Origin: Nitrospirota bacterium
GTDB lineage: Bacteria; Nitrospirota; UBA9217
DNA length: 64,000 bases
Assembly: GCA_963790205.1 (NCBI GenBank)
Contig: CAWBNQ010000001.1
Span: 512,001 to 576,000, forward strand
Direction of reading: 5' to 3'
Positions within the stretch are counted from its first letter, which is position 1. Every line of letters begins with the position of its first letter. This document shows positions 19,464 through 29,915 of this stretch, piece by piece. The position numbers were made by a program, and so were the translations under genes. Below the pieces are notes generated by a model. It had not been told where the DNA came from. It saw only the letters and a program-made list of their open reading frames with translations, and ran no database searches.

Positions 19464-20585
19464 ATGAAAGCTCGGCTTCGATTCTCTTCATCCCGAACCA
19501 TCGTACTACTTGCGATCATGATGCTCCCGGCCTGTCATGGAAGCGGGGGCGATGGGGCTGTGGTGGTTCCGCAGCCGACTTCATTCTTGACCGTCGGCGT
19601 ACCAGTAAGGGACACGGTGTTCATCGGAGGATTCAATGCCTATTCCGTGTCGGTGATACCGGGAGCGCTTTACAAGGTGAGCATCACCGACCTGACCGAT
19701 GATGCCGATCTCCTCTTTTTCGGCGCCGACAGCACGTTCACCGTCCTTGCATCATGCTCCATTGATAATACGATGATAGCCAGTCCTTTTTCCCCCTCTT
19801 CACCGGAAGACTGCGTAACTACGGCCTCCGGCAACGTCCTCTACTTCGGCGTAGACGGAACGTACCTTGCGACATCGTCAGCGGCGGCCTACACAATCGA
19901 TGTAGAGCCGATAACCACAACCAATCTAAATACTTCAATACCCCTTCCCGACACAACCACACCGACCGGCGCTGCGGGCTATTCGGTACCTACGACGAAC
20001 GGAACGGCTTACACCGTCAGCATCACCGGTCTAAACGATGACGCGGACCTCTACGTCTTCGGAGCAACGTGCACCACCGACAACACGATCCGCTTTGGTA
20101 CTACGCCCGAGGACTGTTCGCTGACCTCTCCCGGCGGGACGTTGTTTTTCATTGTGGACGGACTTTTCAGCACCGCGCCGACGGTCAAATACACGGCACT
20201 GGCTGCGCCGGCGCCGGTCGGGCTGAGTCCGAGTAACGAGGGCACGGTTGCTGCACCAATCGGCGTGTTTGCCGATATACCCCGTATCGGACAGGTTGGT
20301 TCTGCCCCCACAGGAACGAGTTATTATGCCGCAAGCGTGACTTCAGGCCAACGCTATACGGTCAGTATCACCGGCCTCACAGGAGACGCGGATCTTACCG
20401 TCTACGACAACGACAACACGTTTAAAAACCCGGCAAATTGTTTGATCAATGCTACCGGCATTGTGGGGACGAATCCTGAGGACTGCACGCTGGTAGTTTC
20501 GGGAAGCACGCTGTATTTTTCCGTCACTTCGTTTACGACCAGCGTCGGGGATGCATACATCAACCTTGTCGAACCGGGGCCATAG
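19464..20585 (+). CDS. Lipoprotein with three PPC-like beta-sandwich repeats
   Basis: Lipobox LPAC; three repeats of Y.VSIT.L..DADL...C...PEDC...LYF.V. Confidence 0.7.
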   Translation: MKARLRFSSSRTIVLLAIMMLPACHGSGGDGAVVVPQPTSFLTVGVPVRDTVFIGGFNAYSVSVIPGALYKVSITDLTDDADLLFFGADSTFTVLASCSIDNTMIASPFSPSSPEDCVTTASGNVLYFGVDGTYLATSSAAAYTIDVEPITTTNLNTSIPLPDTTTPTGAAGYSVPTTNGTAYTVSITGLNDDADLYVFGATCTTDNTIRFGTTPEDCSLTSPGGTLFFIVDGLFSTAPTVKYTALAAPAPVGLSPSNEGTVAAPIGVFADIPRIGQVGSAPTGTSYYAASVTSGQRYTVSITGLTGDADLTVYDNDNTFKNPANCLINATGIVGTNPEDCTLVVSGSTLYFSVTSFTTSVGDAYINLVEPGP

Positions 20586-20679
20586 AGAAGGCGCAGCGTA
20601 TATCGGCCCGACAGCATAGAAAAGTAGAATGAAGTGACGAAGGCGCTTCCGGCGGGGCGCGCTCCCCTCGAGTGTCCGA

Positions 20680-21432
20680 TCAATCCAGCGACACGACAAA
20701 GCTCCCCGGATAGCCATGCTCGGTAAAGTTCTTCTCCGCGGTTTCCGCGGCCTTGAGAGAAACATACTTTCCCGCATACACGCGGTAGAAGAGCTCGCCG
20801 TTCACGTTGGTGAGATGCGCTTCGGAGAACCCGAAGACGTTCTTCAGCTCCCCGGACAGCCGCTGGGCATTCGCGTATTCCTTGAACGAACCTACCTGGA
20901 CGGTATAATTTCCGCTGTCGTATGAGGCCGGCTCCTTATAGCCGCCCGTGCCGGCGCTGTAACCCAGGGCCTCTATCCTCACCGGCGCCGTGCCGGCAAT
21001 ATCAACGCCGAGCTTTTTCGCCGCCGCATAGGACAGGTCGATGATCCTCCCCTTTACAAAAGGGCCGCGGTCGTTCACGCGGACGATCGCCTCGCGCCCG
21101 TTCTGCCTGTTGTAGACCTTCACGTATACGCCGAGCGGAAGCGTCTTATGGGCCGCGGTCATGGCGTTCATATCGTACGTTTCGCCGTTGCTCGTTTTCT
21201 TGCCGTGAAAATCGCTGCCGTACCAGCTCGCCACGCCGGTCTGGGAAAAGCCCTCATGACTTTGAAGCGGCTCGTAGCGCCGCCCGTTCACCGTGTACGG
21301 TCTTTGCGACGCCTTCATCCGTTGTCCGTTGGACTCCGGGAATTGCGCTACTCCGGGTTTTTTTTCCGCGCAGGCGGAAACAGCGAGAAGGCAGCAGAGG
21401 AACAGCACCACGCGATTCAATATCCTGACCAT
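20680..21432 (-). CDS. rlpA: Septal ring lytic transglycosylase RlpA (DPBB + SPOR)
   Basis: GVASWYG..FHGKKTSNGE.YDM..MTAAHKTLP, VNDRGPF, VQVGSF. Confidence 0.93.
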   Translation of the reverse strand: MVRILNRVVLFLCCLLAVSACAEKKPGVAQFPESNGQRMKASQRPYTVNGRRYEPLQSHEGFSQTGVASWYGSDFHGKKTSNGETYDMNAMTAAHKTLPLGVYVKVYNRQNGREAIVRVNDRGPFVKGRIIDLSYAAAKKLGVDIAGTAPVRIEALGYSAGTGGYKEPASYDSGNYTVQVGSFKEYANAQRLSGELKNVFGFSEAHLTNVNGELFYRVYAGKYVSLKAAETAEKNFTEHGYPGSFVVSLD

Positions 21433-21573
21433 ACCCCTTTGCTCCTGCGATGCATCCCGCACCAGACAAGGCTCTCGATAAATTGATGTTCCAGAATAAC
21501 GGCGGGTGGTGCTATAATACAGATTATTGCTCGGGAGAGCAATAATAAATTTTTTTGTGAAAGGGCGATAACC

Positions 21574-21879
21574 ATGATCAAGCACATCGTGATGTGGAAG
21601 CTGAAGGCTTCCGCCGAAGGAGCAAGCAGGGAGCAGAACGCGAAAATACTGAAGACGGAACTCGAGGCCCTGAAGAAAAAAATACCCATGATCCGGCATA
21701 TCGAAGTCGGGATGAACATGATGCCGTCCGAAGCCGCCTATGACGTCGCCCTGTACTCGGAATTCACGAATGAGAAGGACCTCGACCGTTACCAGAAACA
21801 CCCCGAGCATCTCAAGATCGCCGACTTTGCGGCTAAGGTACGAGAGAGCAGGGCCGTTGTTGATTATAAGATCGACTGA
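21574..21879 (+). CDS. Dabb family stress-responsive alpha/beta barrel protein
   Basis: MIKHIVMWKLK...YQKHPEH...VVDY. Confidence 0.9.
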   Translation: MIKHIVMWKLKASAEGASREQNAKILKTELEALKKKIPMIRHIEVGMNMMPSEAAYDVALYSEFTNEKDLDRYQKHPEHLKIADFAAKVRESRAVVDYKID

Positions 21880-21970
21880 CTCACCGAGGGGGCATGGGTT
21901 TTTCTCCGTGACTCCCTGTAAATTTACTTTGCCTTTGGAAGAATAATTATTCGGCTACTAAGGACAATAC

Positions 21971-23596
21971 TTGAAACGCGACGCTGACGACTCGACAACT
22001 CCGATCAGGATCTATCAACAGATCCTGCCCGCACCCGCGGCACCACGGCCGGGGCTGCTCGCCAAGTTCCGCGTCTATTTGCCGGACCGCCCCGGCTCGC
22101 TCGCGGGGTTCGCGTCCGCGATTGCCGAGGCCGGGGGGAACATTTCCTTCTTTCACTACGACCGGGCCGCGGACGGCAGTCGTGTTGTTGTCGAGGCGCA
22201 GCTTGCAGATCAGCGCGATCTTGATGCGCTTATCGCATCCCTCCGCGGGAAGCAATACGGGTTCGAACGCGGTGAAGCGGCGCAGGACGAAGTGGTCGTC
22301 ACCGCCGTCGAGAGCATCCTCGAAGTAAAGGTGCGGCTGGACAACGAGCCGGGGACCCTCGCCGTCTTCGCCCGCCTGCTTGCCGAGCACGGAGCGAACG
22401 TGATCTACATGCTCTACGACGAGGACATCGACCCGGGCTCCGCGGACGTCGCCCTAGCCGCAACGGACCCCCTGGAGATCGGCCGGCTCATGCAGGCCAT
22501 CAACGAAAAGGGGTACCAGTACCGCGTCCTGTACCGCGGCAGCGATGCGCAGGAAGCGGCGAACATCATCGGCCTGAACATGGTCGAGAAGTTCTTCCTC
22601 CGCCTGAAGAAGCTGCTGCCCACGAGCGATGTCGCCGAGATCAAATCGCTCATCGAGTCGTCTCAGGACCTGTACCAGGACCTCGTGCAGTTCTATGCCG
22701 AGGCGGGGAAAAACCTCGAGGCAGGCGACGTGTTCGAGACGGTGCTGACCTTTGCGTCCCGATCGCGGAGCCGCACCGGTGAAAAATTCTCCGCCACAGC
22801 GATGCGGCCTCTGAGTTTTCACGGGCAGGTGACGCTCCTCGGCTTCCGCCTGCCGACGAGCGAGAACGTTTATCTCCTGAAAAATGGCGACGACATCACT
22901 CTCATCGATACCGGCCATGGGATTTACTACAATGATCTTAAGGACCTCATCCGCGAACACGGGATGGCCCCGGCGAAGGTCAGAAGGATCTACGTCACGC
23001 ACCCGGACACGGACCACGCCGGTGCTTCGGGTTATTTTGAGCAGGAATTCGGCGCCGACATCTTCATGCACGCCGGAAGCGCCGGTGTGATCACGCAGGG
23101 GAACAGGGCGCAGGGCACGGCCGGCGCTCTGCTTACGCTGAACAAATACTACACCCGGCTCTCAAGCAGGTTCACCGAATGCCGGTTCCCCTCACGGCCC
23201 CACTACTTTCCCGGCACGGAAATAGGCAGGGCGGGCGCCTTCAGGATCATCGACCGGTTTGACGTCGGCCCGCTCGCCTTCGACGTGCTCGAAAGCCTCG
23301 GCGGCCACACGCCCGGCCTGGTCTTCTACCTGAACCGGGAGTTCGGCCTTCTTTTTACTTCCGATTATCTCCTGAACGTGAAGAGCCTGTCCGCTGAAGA
23401 CAAAGAACATCTTGGTATCTACCGGTACCTGCTCACGAGCCCCAATAGCGACAACCGCATCTATAAGGAAGAGACCGCGGCGTTGAAAGAGCTCATCGTC
23501 ACACTCAACGATGAGTTGAGTTTCCAGAAGAGGGCGGCACTCATCTTGCCCGGTCACGGTGAATGCTACCGTGCCGAGGAACTGACCAATAAGTGA
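21971..23596 (+). CDS. ACT-ACT + metallo-beta-lactamase fold protein
   Basis: DRPGSLA and NEPGTLA ACT motifs; LIDTG, THPDTDH, GHTPG, PGHG. Confidence 0.8.
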   Translation: MKRDADDSTTPIRIYQQILPAPAAPRPGLLAKFRVYLPDRPGSLAGFASAIAEAGGNISFFHYDRAADGSRVVVEAQLADQRDLDALIASLRGKQYGFERGEAAQDEVVVTAVESILEVKVRLDNEPGTLAVFARLLAEHGANVIYMLYDEDIDPGSADVALAATDPLEIGRLMQAINEKGYQYRVLYRGSDAQEAANIIGLNMVEKFFLRLKKLLPTSDVAEIKSLIESSQDLYQDLVQFYAEAGKNLEAGDVFETVLTFASRSRSRTGEKFSATAMRPLSFHGQVTLLGFRLPTSENVYLLKNGDDITLIDTGHGIYYNDLKDLIREHGMAPAKVRRIYVTHPDTDHAGASGYFEQEFGADIFMHAGSAGVITQGNRAQGTAGALLTLNKYYTRLSSRFTECRFPSRPHYFPGTEIGRAGAFRIIDRFDVGPLAFDVLESLGGHTPGLVFYLNREFGLLFTSDYLLNVKSLSAEDKEHLGIYRYLLTSPNSDNRIYKEETAALKELIVTLNDELSFQKRAALILPGHGECYRAEELTNK

Positions 23597-23977
23597 CGAC
23601 CACCTTCCCTGTCACGACTCGGACTGTCTCGCTTCCTGCCCGGGGGGTAACTTTTTATTGCCAACTCTTCCCGCATGAACAACCGTCATCGCCAGTCGCC
23701 TGGGGCGGGAGTCATTATAATGACTGACTGTCTTTTTGCAAATTCGGAATACCTGCATATCCCTCGTAAAAGCAGCGTTCTGTAATTTACAGTAATTCTG
23801 TGCAAGATTAAAAGCCTTCTTTCATCACCACTCCGCTCTTGTAATAAATAATTTTTCCTTAACCTTGAATTCGCCCGATCCCTCTGCTACATTCAAACCA
23901 ATCGGAATCGTTCTCCCTATATTCCAGTTTCACAACACCGAGATTCGAATCTCAATTACTAAGAAGGAGGATGGTGT

Positions 23978-24250
23978 ATGAAAAAACTGCTGGCAGTTGT
24001 TTTGATGGTTCTCTTTGTTGCTTCAGCGGTCGGAGCGGCGGACATGATGACAATGAACGCCAAAACAGGAGACGTGACCTTCAACCACAAGGTCCACGGA
24101 GACAGCATGGGATGCAAGGCATGCCACGGCGAAGGCACGCCCGGCAAGCTGACCCTCGGCAAGGACGCCGCCCACAAGCTCTGCAAGGGGTGCCACGAAA
24201 CGAAGAAGGCCGGCCCCACGAAGTGCTTTGATTGCCACAAGAAAAAATAA
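23978..24250 (+). CDS. Periplasmic triheme cytochrome c7 (PpcA-like)
   Basis: Signal peptide; FNHKVH; CKACH, CKGCH, CFDCH; GPTKC. Confidence 0.92.
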   Translation: MKKLLAVVLMVLFVASAVGAADMMTMNAKTGDVTFNHKVHGDSMGCKACHGEGTPGKLTLGKDAAHKLCKGCHETKKAGPTKCFDCHKKK

Positions 24251-24269
24251 GCCGCATCACGGTCTCAAT

Positions 24270-24299
24270 AAAAAAGGCCCCTCAGCGGGGCTTTTTTTA
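24270..24299. terminator. Bidirectional intrinsic terminator
   Basis: AAAAAAGGCCCC-TCAGC-GGGGCTTTTTTT between convergent genes. Confidence 0.8.
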
Positions 24300-25238
24300 T
24301 CGGCCCCCGTGACCGTCGCCATAATGGTCATGCGCGGGATGGACAGCATCGATCAACGAGGTATCGAAAATCTCCTCGCGCGATATCTCCCGCCGTATGT
24401 ACCCCAGTCTCTTCAGAGCCTTCACGAACCGCAGAGTGGAGAAAATATAACCAGGGGTCAGCTTAGCGCAGTACCGGGGAGAGACCCGCAGCGTTTCGAG
24501 CACGAACTCCCGGTCGATGATCCCTACATAGTCCGCGATCGCCCGGGCCGCTCCCTCCGGATCGATCCGGAGCGAGGCTTCCGCCGCTTCGTGGAGAACA
24601 AGGAAGCGCTTGACCAGCTCCTGCCGGCTCCTCAGGAATTCCCTTTCCGCGAGAATGCCGTAGCTCGGGTTCTCCGGCCACAACCGTGAAGGCGGGTAGA
24701 GCACCCTGCCTCCGGCGAAACGCTTGATCGCGACCGCCAGGGCGGGCGTGCCGAAAGCAGCGGATACCTCATCGTTGACAACCGCCTCGGTCACCATGTC
24801 GGCCCAGGCATAGTTCCTGATCTCTATCTCTTGCACGAGACCATAGTGCTCGATGCAATCCTTCAGAATTACGTCGTGGATGGAGCCCTTGCCGGGCACG
24901 CCGATCCTGCGCCCCTGGAACTGTTTCAAGACAACCCCCAGGTCCCCGGTCTCGGGATAGCCCGTCCAGTTCGGCTTGCCTGCCATGACCGTGCCCTCCT
25001 CATGGCCTCCCGCCACGCAGATGACCTTGATACCCTGATCAATGCCGATGATCGCAGGAGGGAGGCCGACGTAGGCCAGGTCGAGTTCGCCTCTGCCGAA
25101 GGCCTTCAGGATCTCCGGCCCCGTGCCCATGAGCTTCCATTCTATCTCGGCGCCGAGCCGCTTGTCCGCATCGCCTTTCGCCAGCAACAGGATGGCCGTG
25201 TGGTAGAAGGTGGAGAGATGTCCGATCCTGATCTTCAT
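24297..25238 (-). CDS. ABC substrate-binding protein, SsuA/TauA/NitT-like (no permease nearby)
   Basis: GELDLAYVGLPPAI, RIGVPGKGSIHDVIL. Confidence 0.8.
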   Translation of the reverse strand: MKIRIGHLSTFYHTAILLLAKGDADKRLGAEIEWKLMGTGPEILKAFGRGELDLAYVGLPPAIIGIDQGIKVICVAGGHEEGTVMAGKPNWTGYPETGDLGVVLKQFQGRRIGVPGKGSIHDVILKDCIEHYGLVQEIEIRNYAWADMVTEAVVNDEVSAAFGTPALAVAIKRFAGGRVLYPPSRLWPENPSYGILAEREFLRSRQELVKRFLVLHEAAEASLRIDPEGAARAIADYVGIIDREFVLETLRVSPRYCAKLTPGYIFSTLRFVKALKRLGYIRREISREEIFDTSLIDAVHPAHDHYGDGHGGR

Positions 25239-25447
25239 GAATAAGGCCGCTCTCTGCAATCGGTAAACATGCTTCAATATTAGTCTTCATTCTCTTCACA
25301 GTCAAGTTCAGACACAGTCATAACGCGTCGCGAGCCTGGTCAGGGGGCTGCGAGGCGGGTCAGAGTACTTCACTCCGCATTTCGAATTCCGCATTTCAAA
25401 GTCCCTTTCCTATTGAAGGTGGGCTTCAGCAGTGTTAATATTAAAAC

Positions 25448-27490
25448 ATGAAGATCATGATCGACACGGACAGTTCGGAACTCTTAAGAACGCTCGATGT
25501 CCTGAACATGCCCGCCTTCATAGTCGATAAGGACCGGACGATCCTGTCCTGCAATAATAACGCGCAGGTCTTCTTCGAATACGACCGGTCCCGGGTCATC
25601 GGCCGGAATCTCGAGAAATTCATATCCCTGGACGGCGTCCCTCGGGAGCGCGAACCCTCAGGCCATTCTCCGGAAGCAGGCGCGGGCCGGGAGGGAGAGT
25701 CCTCATCGGCCCTGCGGTCGTTCTGCTTTCGGAAGAACAGCGGTCCCGTGGCGGCCCGGATCGCCGTCATCCCTTCACGCGACCTTCGGCAGGACAGGAC
25801 AATCGTCATTGTCCGGGACGCGCCCGGACAAAGGACGACGCCCGCGGCAGCCGGCAGCGGTCACCCCGGGAAGCAGGCCGGGGACCGGACCACCCAGGGC
25901 GAATTGATCAGCGAGTTAAGCAGCATCATCAATTCCAGCCTGAGCATCGGAACGATCTTCCGCATGGTCGTTTCGGAGCTTCGCAAGATCATCGACTACA
26001 GCAGGGCGAGCCTGCTCCTCTATAATGAAAACGACGACAATCTGCTGATCTTCGCGCTGGACACGGAAATGAGGACGGTGATGAAAAAAGGGGTCAAGGC
26101 GCCGATCGAGGGCACCAGCGCCGGCTGGGTCGTGCGGAACAACAAGCCCTGGATCAGCTACGACCTCAGGGACACCGCGTTCCCCCTGGACAGGAAGCTC
26201 CTGGCAGAGGGCATCCGTTCGACCATCAGCATCCCCCTGTTCCACGACCGTATGCTCGGCGTGTTCAATTTCGACAGCACCGACCCGTCGCAGTACTCCG
26301 AGAAGGACCTCGAGATCCTGCTCCCCGTGGCCAGGCACATCGCCGTCGCCCTTGAGAACGCCCTCCTGTTCGAAGAGATCTCCCGGGAAAAGAAGGAATG
26401 GGAGCGGACCTTCGACGCCATCACCGACATGGTCTGGATCGAGGACGGCAGGCAGCGGGTGGTCCGCGCGAACCACACGCTGCTGTTGCGGACGGGTTTT
26501 TCCAAGTCGGAGATCGCCGACCGGCACTGCGCCGAGCTCCTCGACAGGATCGGGATCGCCCTGACCAGCGGCTGCCTCTGTTCCGAAACGCTCTCCTGCA
26601 AAAAACCGTCATTCCAGGAGCTGAAAAGCGGCGGCGGCAACATCTTCCACTTCTGGGCCTATCCGCTCATCGACGAAGAGGGCCGGCTTTATGCCATCGT
26701 GCACTACCTCAAGGACGTGACGGCCCAGAAGCGGCTCGAACAGCAGCTCATCCGGTCGGACAAGCTCGCCTCTTTGGGTACGCTCGTTGCGGGCATCGCC
26801 CATGAGATCAACAACCCCCTGGGGATCATCGCGGGCTACTCCGAGGCGCTCCTCGACCGGTCCGGTGCAAAAGCGCTGAACGGGATGAAAGCCTTCGAGG
26901 ACTTCCCCGAATATCTCAAAACGATCCACAACGAGATCTTCCGGTGCAAGACCATCCTCAAAAGCCTGCTCGAGTTCGCGCGGCCGTCGGGCGGAACCTT
27001 CCGGGAGATCGACGTCAACGAGCTCATCAAGGAAGTGCTCCTCCTGCTCCAGCACCGGACAACGCGGCTCAAGCACACCCTCGAACTCGACCTGGATCGC
27101 GAGGTCCCCAAGATCTACGCGGATGCCGGGAGCCTCAGGCAGCTGATGATGAACCTCCTCTTGAACGCCATTTACTTTACGCCGGAGGGCGGAAGCATCT
27201 TCATCAAGACCGAACCCGACGATGCCCCGCGGGAAGACGCCGTCGGCGCCTGTCCGAACAGGGTCCGGCTCTCAGTCAGGGACACGGGAGCGGGAATCCC
27301 CGGAGAGCTGATCGGCAAGGTCTTCGACCCCTTCGTCACCACGAAGCCCGTGGGAGAAGGGACCGGGCTGGGGCTCACCATCTGTCACAAGATCGTGGAA
27401 GAGCACGGCGGCGCCATTGATGTGGAAAGCGAACCCGGCAAGGGCGCTACCTTCATCATCACCCTGCCGTCGATCGCGTGCAGGGAATGA
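25448..27490 (+). CDS. Cytoplasmic PAS-GAF-PAS sensor histidine kinase
   Basis: GIAHEINNPL, LMMNLLLNA, DTGAGI, TTKPVGEGTGLGL. Confidence 0.93.
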   Translation: MKIMIDTDSSELLRTLDVLNMPAFIVDKDRTILSCNNNAQVFFEYDRSRVIGRNLEKFISLDGVPREREPSGHSPEAGAGREGESSSALRSFCFRKNSGPVAARIAVIPSRDLRQDRTIVIVRDAPGQRTTPAAAGSGHPGKQAGDRTTQGELISELSSIINSSLSIGTIFRMVVSELRKIIDYSRASLLLYNENDDNLLIFALDTEMRTVMKKGVKAPIEGTSAGWVVRNNKPWISYDLRDTAFPLDRKLLAEGIRSTISIPLFHDRMLGVFNFDSTDPSQYSEKDLEILLPVARHIAVALENALLFEEISREKKEWERTFDAITDMVWIEDGRQRVVRANHTLLLRTGFSKSEIADRHCAELLDRIGIALTSGCLCSETLSCKKPSFQELKSGGGNIFHFWAYPLIDEEGRLYAIVHYLKDVTAQKRLEQQLIRSDKLASLGTLVAGIAHEINNPLGIIAGYSEALLDRSGAKALNGMKAFEDFPEYLKTIHNEIFRCKTILKSLLEFARPSGGTFREIDVNELIKEVLLLLQHRTTRLKHTLELDLDREVPKIYADAGSLRQLMMNLLLNAIYFTPEGGSIFIKTEPDDAPREDAVGACPNRVRLSVRDTGAGIPGELIGKVFDPFVTTKPVGEGTGLGLTICHKIVEEHGGAIDVESEPGKGATFIITLPSIACRE

Positions 27491-27512
27491 CTCAAAATAA
27501 GGCAGAAATTTT

Positions 27513-27629
27513 TCTCGCAAAGACGCAAAGTACGCAAAGAGAAGCAATTGAAAAAAAGAATGCAAAGCTTTAGCTTTTTTTAAAACCAAGAACTAAGCCT
27601 TTCTTTGCGACCTTTGCGCCTTTGCGAGA
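27513..27629. repeat. Inverted pair of 9-bp-period (CGCAAAG)x3 repeats
   Basis: TCTCGCAAAGACGCAAAGTACGCAAAGA ... TCTTTGCGACCTTTGCGCCTTTGCGAGA. Confidence 0.8.
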
Positions 27630-27736
27630 GACAGCTTTTGACTTGCTTTTGGTTTTAAACTCAAGCATGTTTTTTGACCATGTTCCAGGTTTTCTCCGTG
27701 CCTCCGTGCCTCCGTGGTGAAAGGGCTTTTTAAACT

Positions 27737-29071
27737 ATGATCAACATTCTCGTCGTTGACGACGAGGAGCCCTTTAGAAGGCTCCTCAAAAAAGAACTGG
27801 GGCGCAAGGGATATTCCGTCGAGGTCGCATCCGACGGCAGCGAAGCCCTGCGGTTTTTGCGGGACCGCTCCTTCGACGTGGTCCTCCTGGACGTCGTCAT
27901 GCCCGGTGTCGACGGGATCTCGCTTATGAAGACGGTGAAGGAGGACCCCGGGACGCCGTCGATCATCGTCCTCACGGGCAAGGCCACGGTGGAGACCGCG
28001 GTGGAAGCCATGAAGAACGGCGCCTACGATTACCTCACCAAGCCCTACAAGCTCGACGAGCTGGTTATCGTCATCGACCGGGCGTACGAGTATCGCCGGC
28101 TCTCCGTCAAGAGCAAGCTCCTGGAGCAGGAACTGGTCAGGAAGGAATCCCCCTTCGAACTCATCGGGAAAAGCGGGCAGCTCCGTGACATACTCGCGCT
28201 CATCCAGAAGGCGGCGCCTACGGACTCGCCGGTGTTCATCCAGGGTGAAAGCGGCACCGGCAAGGAGCTCGTGGCGAACACGGTCTGGCACTACAGCACG
28301 CGCAAGGACGCGCCGCTCATCGCCCTGAACTGCGCCTCCCTTTCGGAAAACCTCATCGAGTCGGAGATCTTCGGGCATGAGAAGGGCGCCTTCACCAGCG
28401 CCTACCAGATGAAGCACGGCCTCGTCGAAGTGGCGGACAAGGGAACGCTCTTTTTGGACGAGATCGGAGAGATGCCCGCCGGGCTCCAGGCCAAGCTCCT
28501 GCGGTTTCTCGATTCAGGCGAGTTCCGGCGGGTGGGGGGGAACAAGACGCTCTCGGTGGACGTGCGGGTGATCGCCGCCACGAACAAGGACCTCGCGGCC
28601 ATGATCAAGACCGGGAGCTTCCGGGAAGACCTGTATTACCGGCTGAACGTGATCAACATCGCCATCCCCCCGCTCCGGGAGCGCAAAGAGGACATCGCCG
28701 AGCTGTCACGGCATTTTCTGAAAAAGTACGCGAAGAAACTGTCCAAGTCCATCGCGGATTTCACCGACGAGGCGCTCGAACTGCTCATCGGCTATCACTG
28801 GCCGGGAAACGTGCGGGAACTCGAGAACGTCATTGAACGCGCGGTGATCCTCTGCGAGTCGGACACGATCGGGTCCGAAGACTTCTCCATCCCGCCTCAT
28901 GCGGCTGTTGCGGAAATCGGCGCCAATCCGCCCCTCGAAGAGATCGAGAAGACGTATATCCTGAGGGTCCTCAAAGAAGCGGGCAACAACCAGTCAAAGG
29001 CAAGCCAGCTCCTCGGCATCGACCGGAAAACCCTGTATCTCAAGCTGAAAAAATACGGGATCAATTCCTGA
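27737..29071 (+). CDS. Sigma54-dependent response regulator (NtrC family)
   Basis: REC domain, GESGTGKE, GAFTSA, FREDLYYRL, WPGNVRELEN, Fis-type HTH. Confidence 0.95.
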   Translation: MINILVVDDEEPFRRLLKKELGRKGYSVEVASDGSEALRFLRDRSFDVVLLDVVMPGVDGISLMKTVKEDPGTPSIIVLTGKATVETAVEAMKNGAYDYLTKPYKLDELVIVIDRAYEYRRLSVKSKLLEQELVRKESPFELIGKSGQLRDILALIQKAAPTDSPVFIQGESGTGKELVANTVWHYSTRKDAPLIALNCASLSENLIESEIFGHEKGAFTSAYQMKHGLVEVADKGTLFLDEIGEMPAGLQAKLLRFLDSGEFRRVGGNKTLSVDVRVIAATNKDLAAMIKTGSFREDLYYRLNVINIAIPPLRERKEDIAELSRHFLKKYAKKLSKSIADFTDEALELLIGYHWPGNVRELENVIERAVILCESDTIGSEDFSIPPHAAVAEIGANPPLEEIEKTYILRVLKEAGNNQSKASQLLGIDRKTLYLKLKKYGINS

Positions 29072-29111
29072 TTCGGACAAGAGGGAAACAAAAGACAAAA
29101 TCTAAGGCGTC

Positions 29112-29226
29112 TCTCGCAAAGCCCGCAAAGAGCGCAAAGGGACCTTGAGTCAAAATCTTTTTTGATTTTAAAACCAAAAGCAGGATCCTAAGATTCTCTT
29201 GGCGTTCTTTGCGAGCTTTGCGAGAA
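29112..29226. repeat. Second inverted (CGCAAAG)n repeat pair
   Basis: TCTCGCAAAGCCCGCAAAGAGCGCAAAG ... CTTGGCGTTCTTTGCGAGCTTTGCGAGA. Confidence 0.8.
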
Positions 29227-29290
29227 ATATTCTTGCCATTTTGAGTAGAATTTACTTTGTAACGTAGTACTAAAGCTGCTCCCGAAAGGC

Positions 29291-29764
29291 ATGTGTGTTA
29301 TGGTAAAAGCAAAGCGGACCGGCACAAAGCAAAACAACACGAAGCGCACGACGAAGGATAGAAAAACGAAGATACGGAAGATCAGGGAGCAGCTCGGAGA
29401 CGAGACGCTGACCGAGGCCCTGGTCGAATCGCTGGTCGAGCAGCACGGCAGCCTGGGATTCATCCTGAACGTTTTAAAAGAGCGGCCGCGGAACTTCAAC
29501 CCCTTCATCCTGAAAGGCATGTCCATCTACAAGGAACCGTCGTCCCTGGACCGGAAGACCGCCGAGCTGGTCGCCATCGGCGCGGCCGCTGCGCTCAGGT
29601 GTGAACATTGCCTCGAAGCGCACATGGGCAGGGCCCACGCAGAAGGCGCGTCCCTTGCCGAGATCATGGATTCCCTGCTCATCGCAGGCGCGATCGCCGA
29701 TTCATCCACGCTCTCCGTCGCCTTCCGCAAGTACAAGCAGCTGGAAGGGAAGACAAAGAAGTGA
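29291..29764 (+). CDS. AhpD/CMD family protein
   Basis: LDRKTAELVAIGAAAALRCEHCLEAH...GAS..EI. Confidence 0.88.
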   Translation: MCVMVKAKRTGTKQNNTKRTTKDRKTKIRKIREQLGDETLTEALVESLVEQHGSLGFILNVLKERPRNFNPFILKGMSIYKEPSSLDRKTAELVAIGAAAALRCEHCLEAHMGRAHAEGASLAEIMDSLLIAGAIADSSTLSVAFRKYKQLEGKTKK

Positions 29765-29915
29765 ACAAGGGCATTGATCATCAATTCCCCTGACGAGAAC
29801 AACCCATATCTGGAGAACACCTCGCTTTCCGAACATTTCCACTAATACCGATCGATTTCGTCAACATCCTCTAAAAATACGCCATCGTTATCGTTGACAT
29901 CGAGGAAACCTATAG

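Noticed and set aside
21433..21810. Long N-terminal extension of rlpA in the ORF track
   Set aside because: Antisense to the Dabb gene; the lipoprotein signal starts at 21432.
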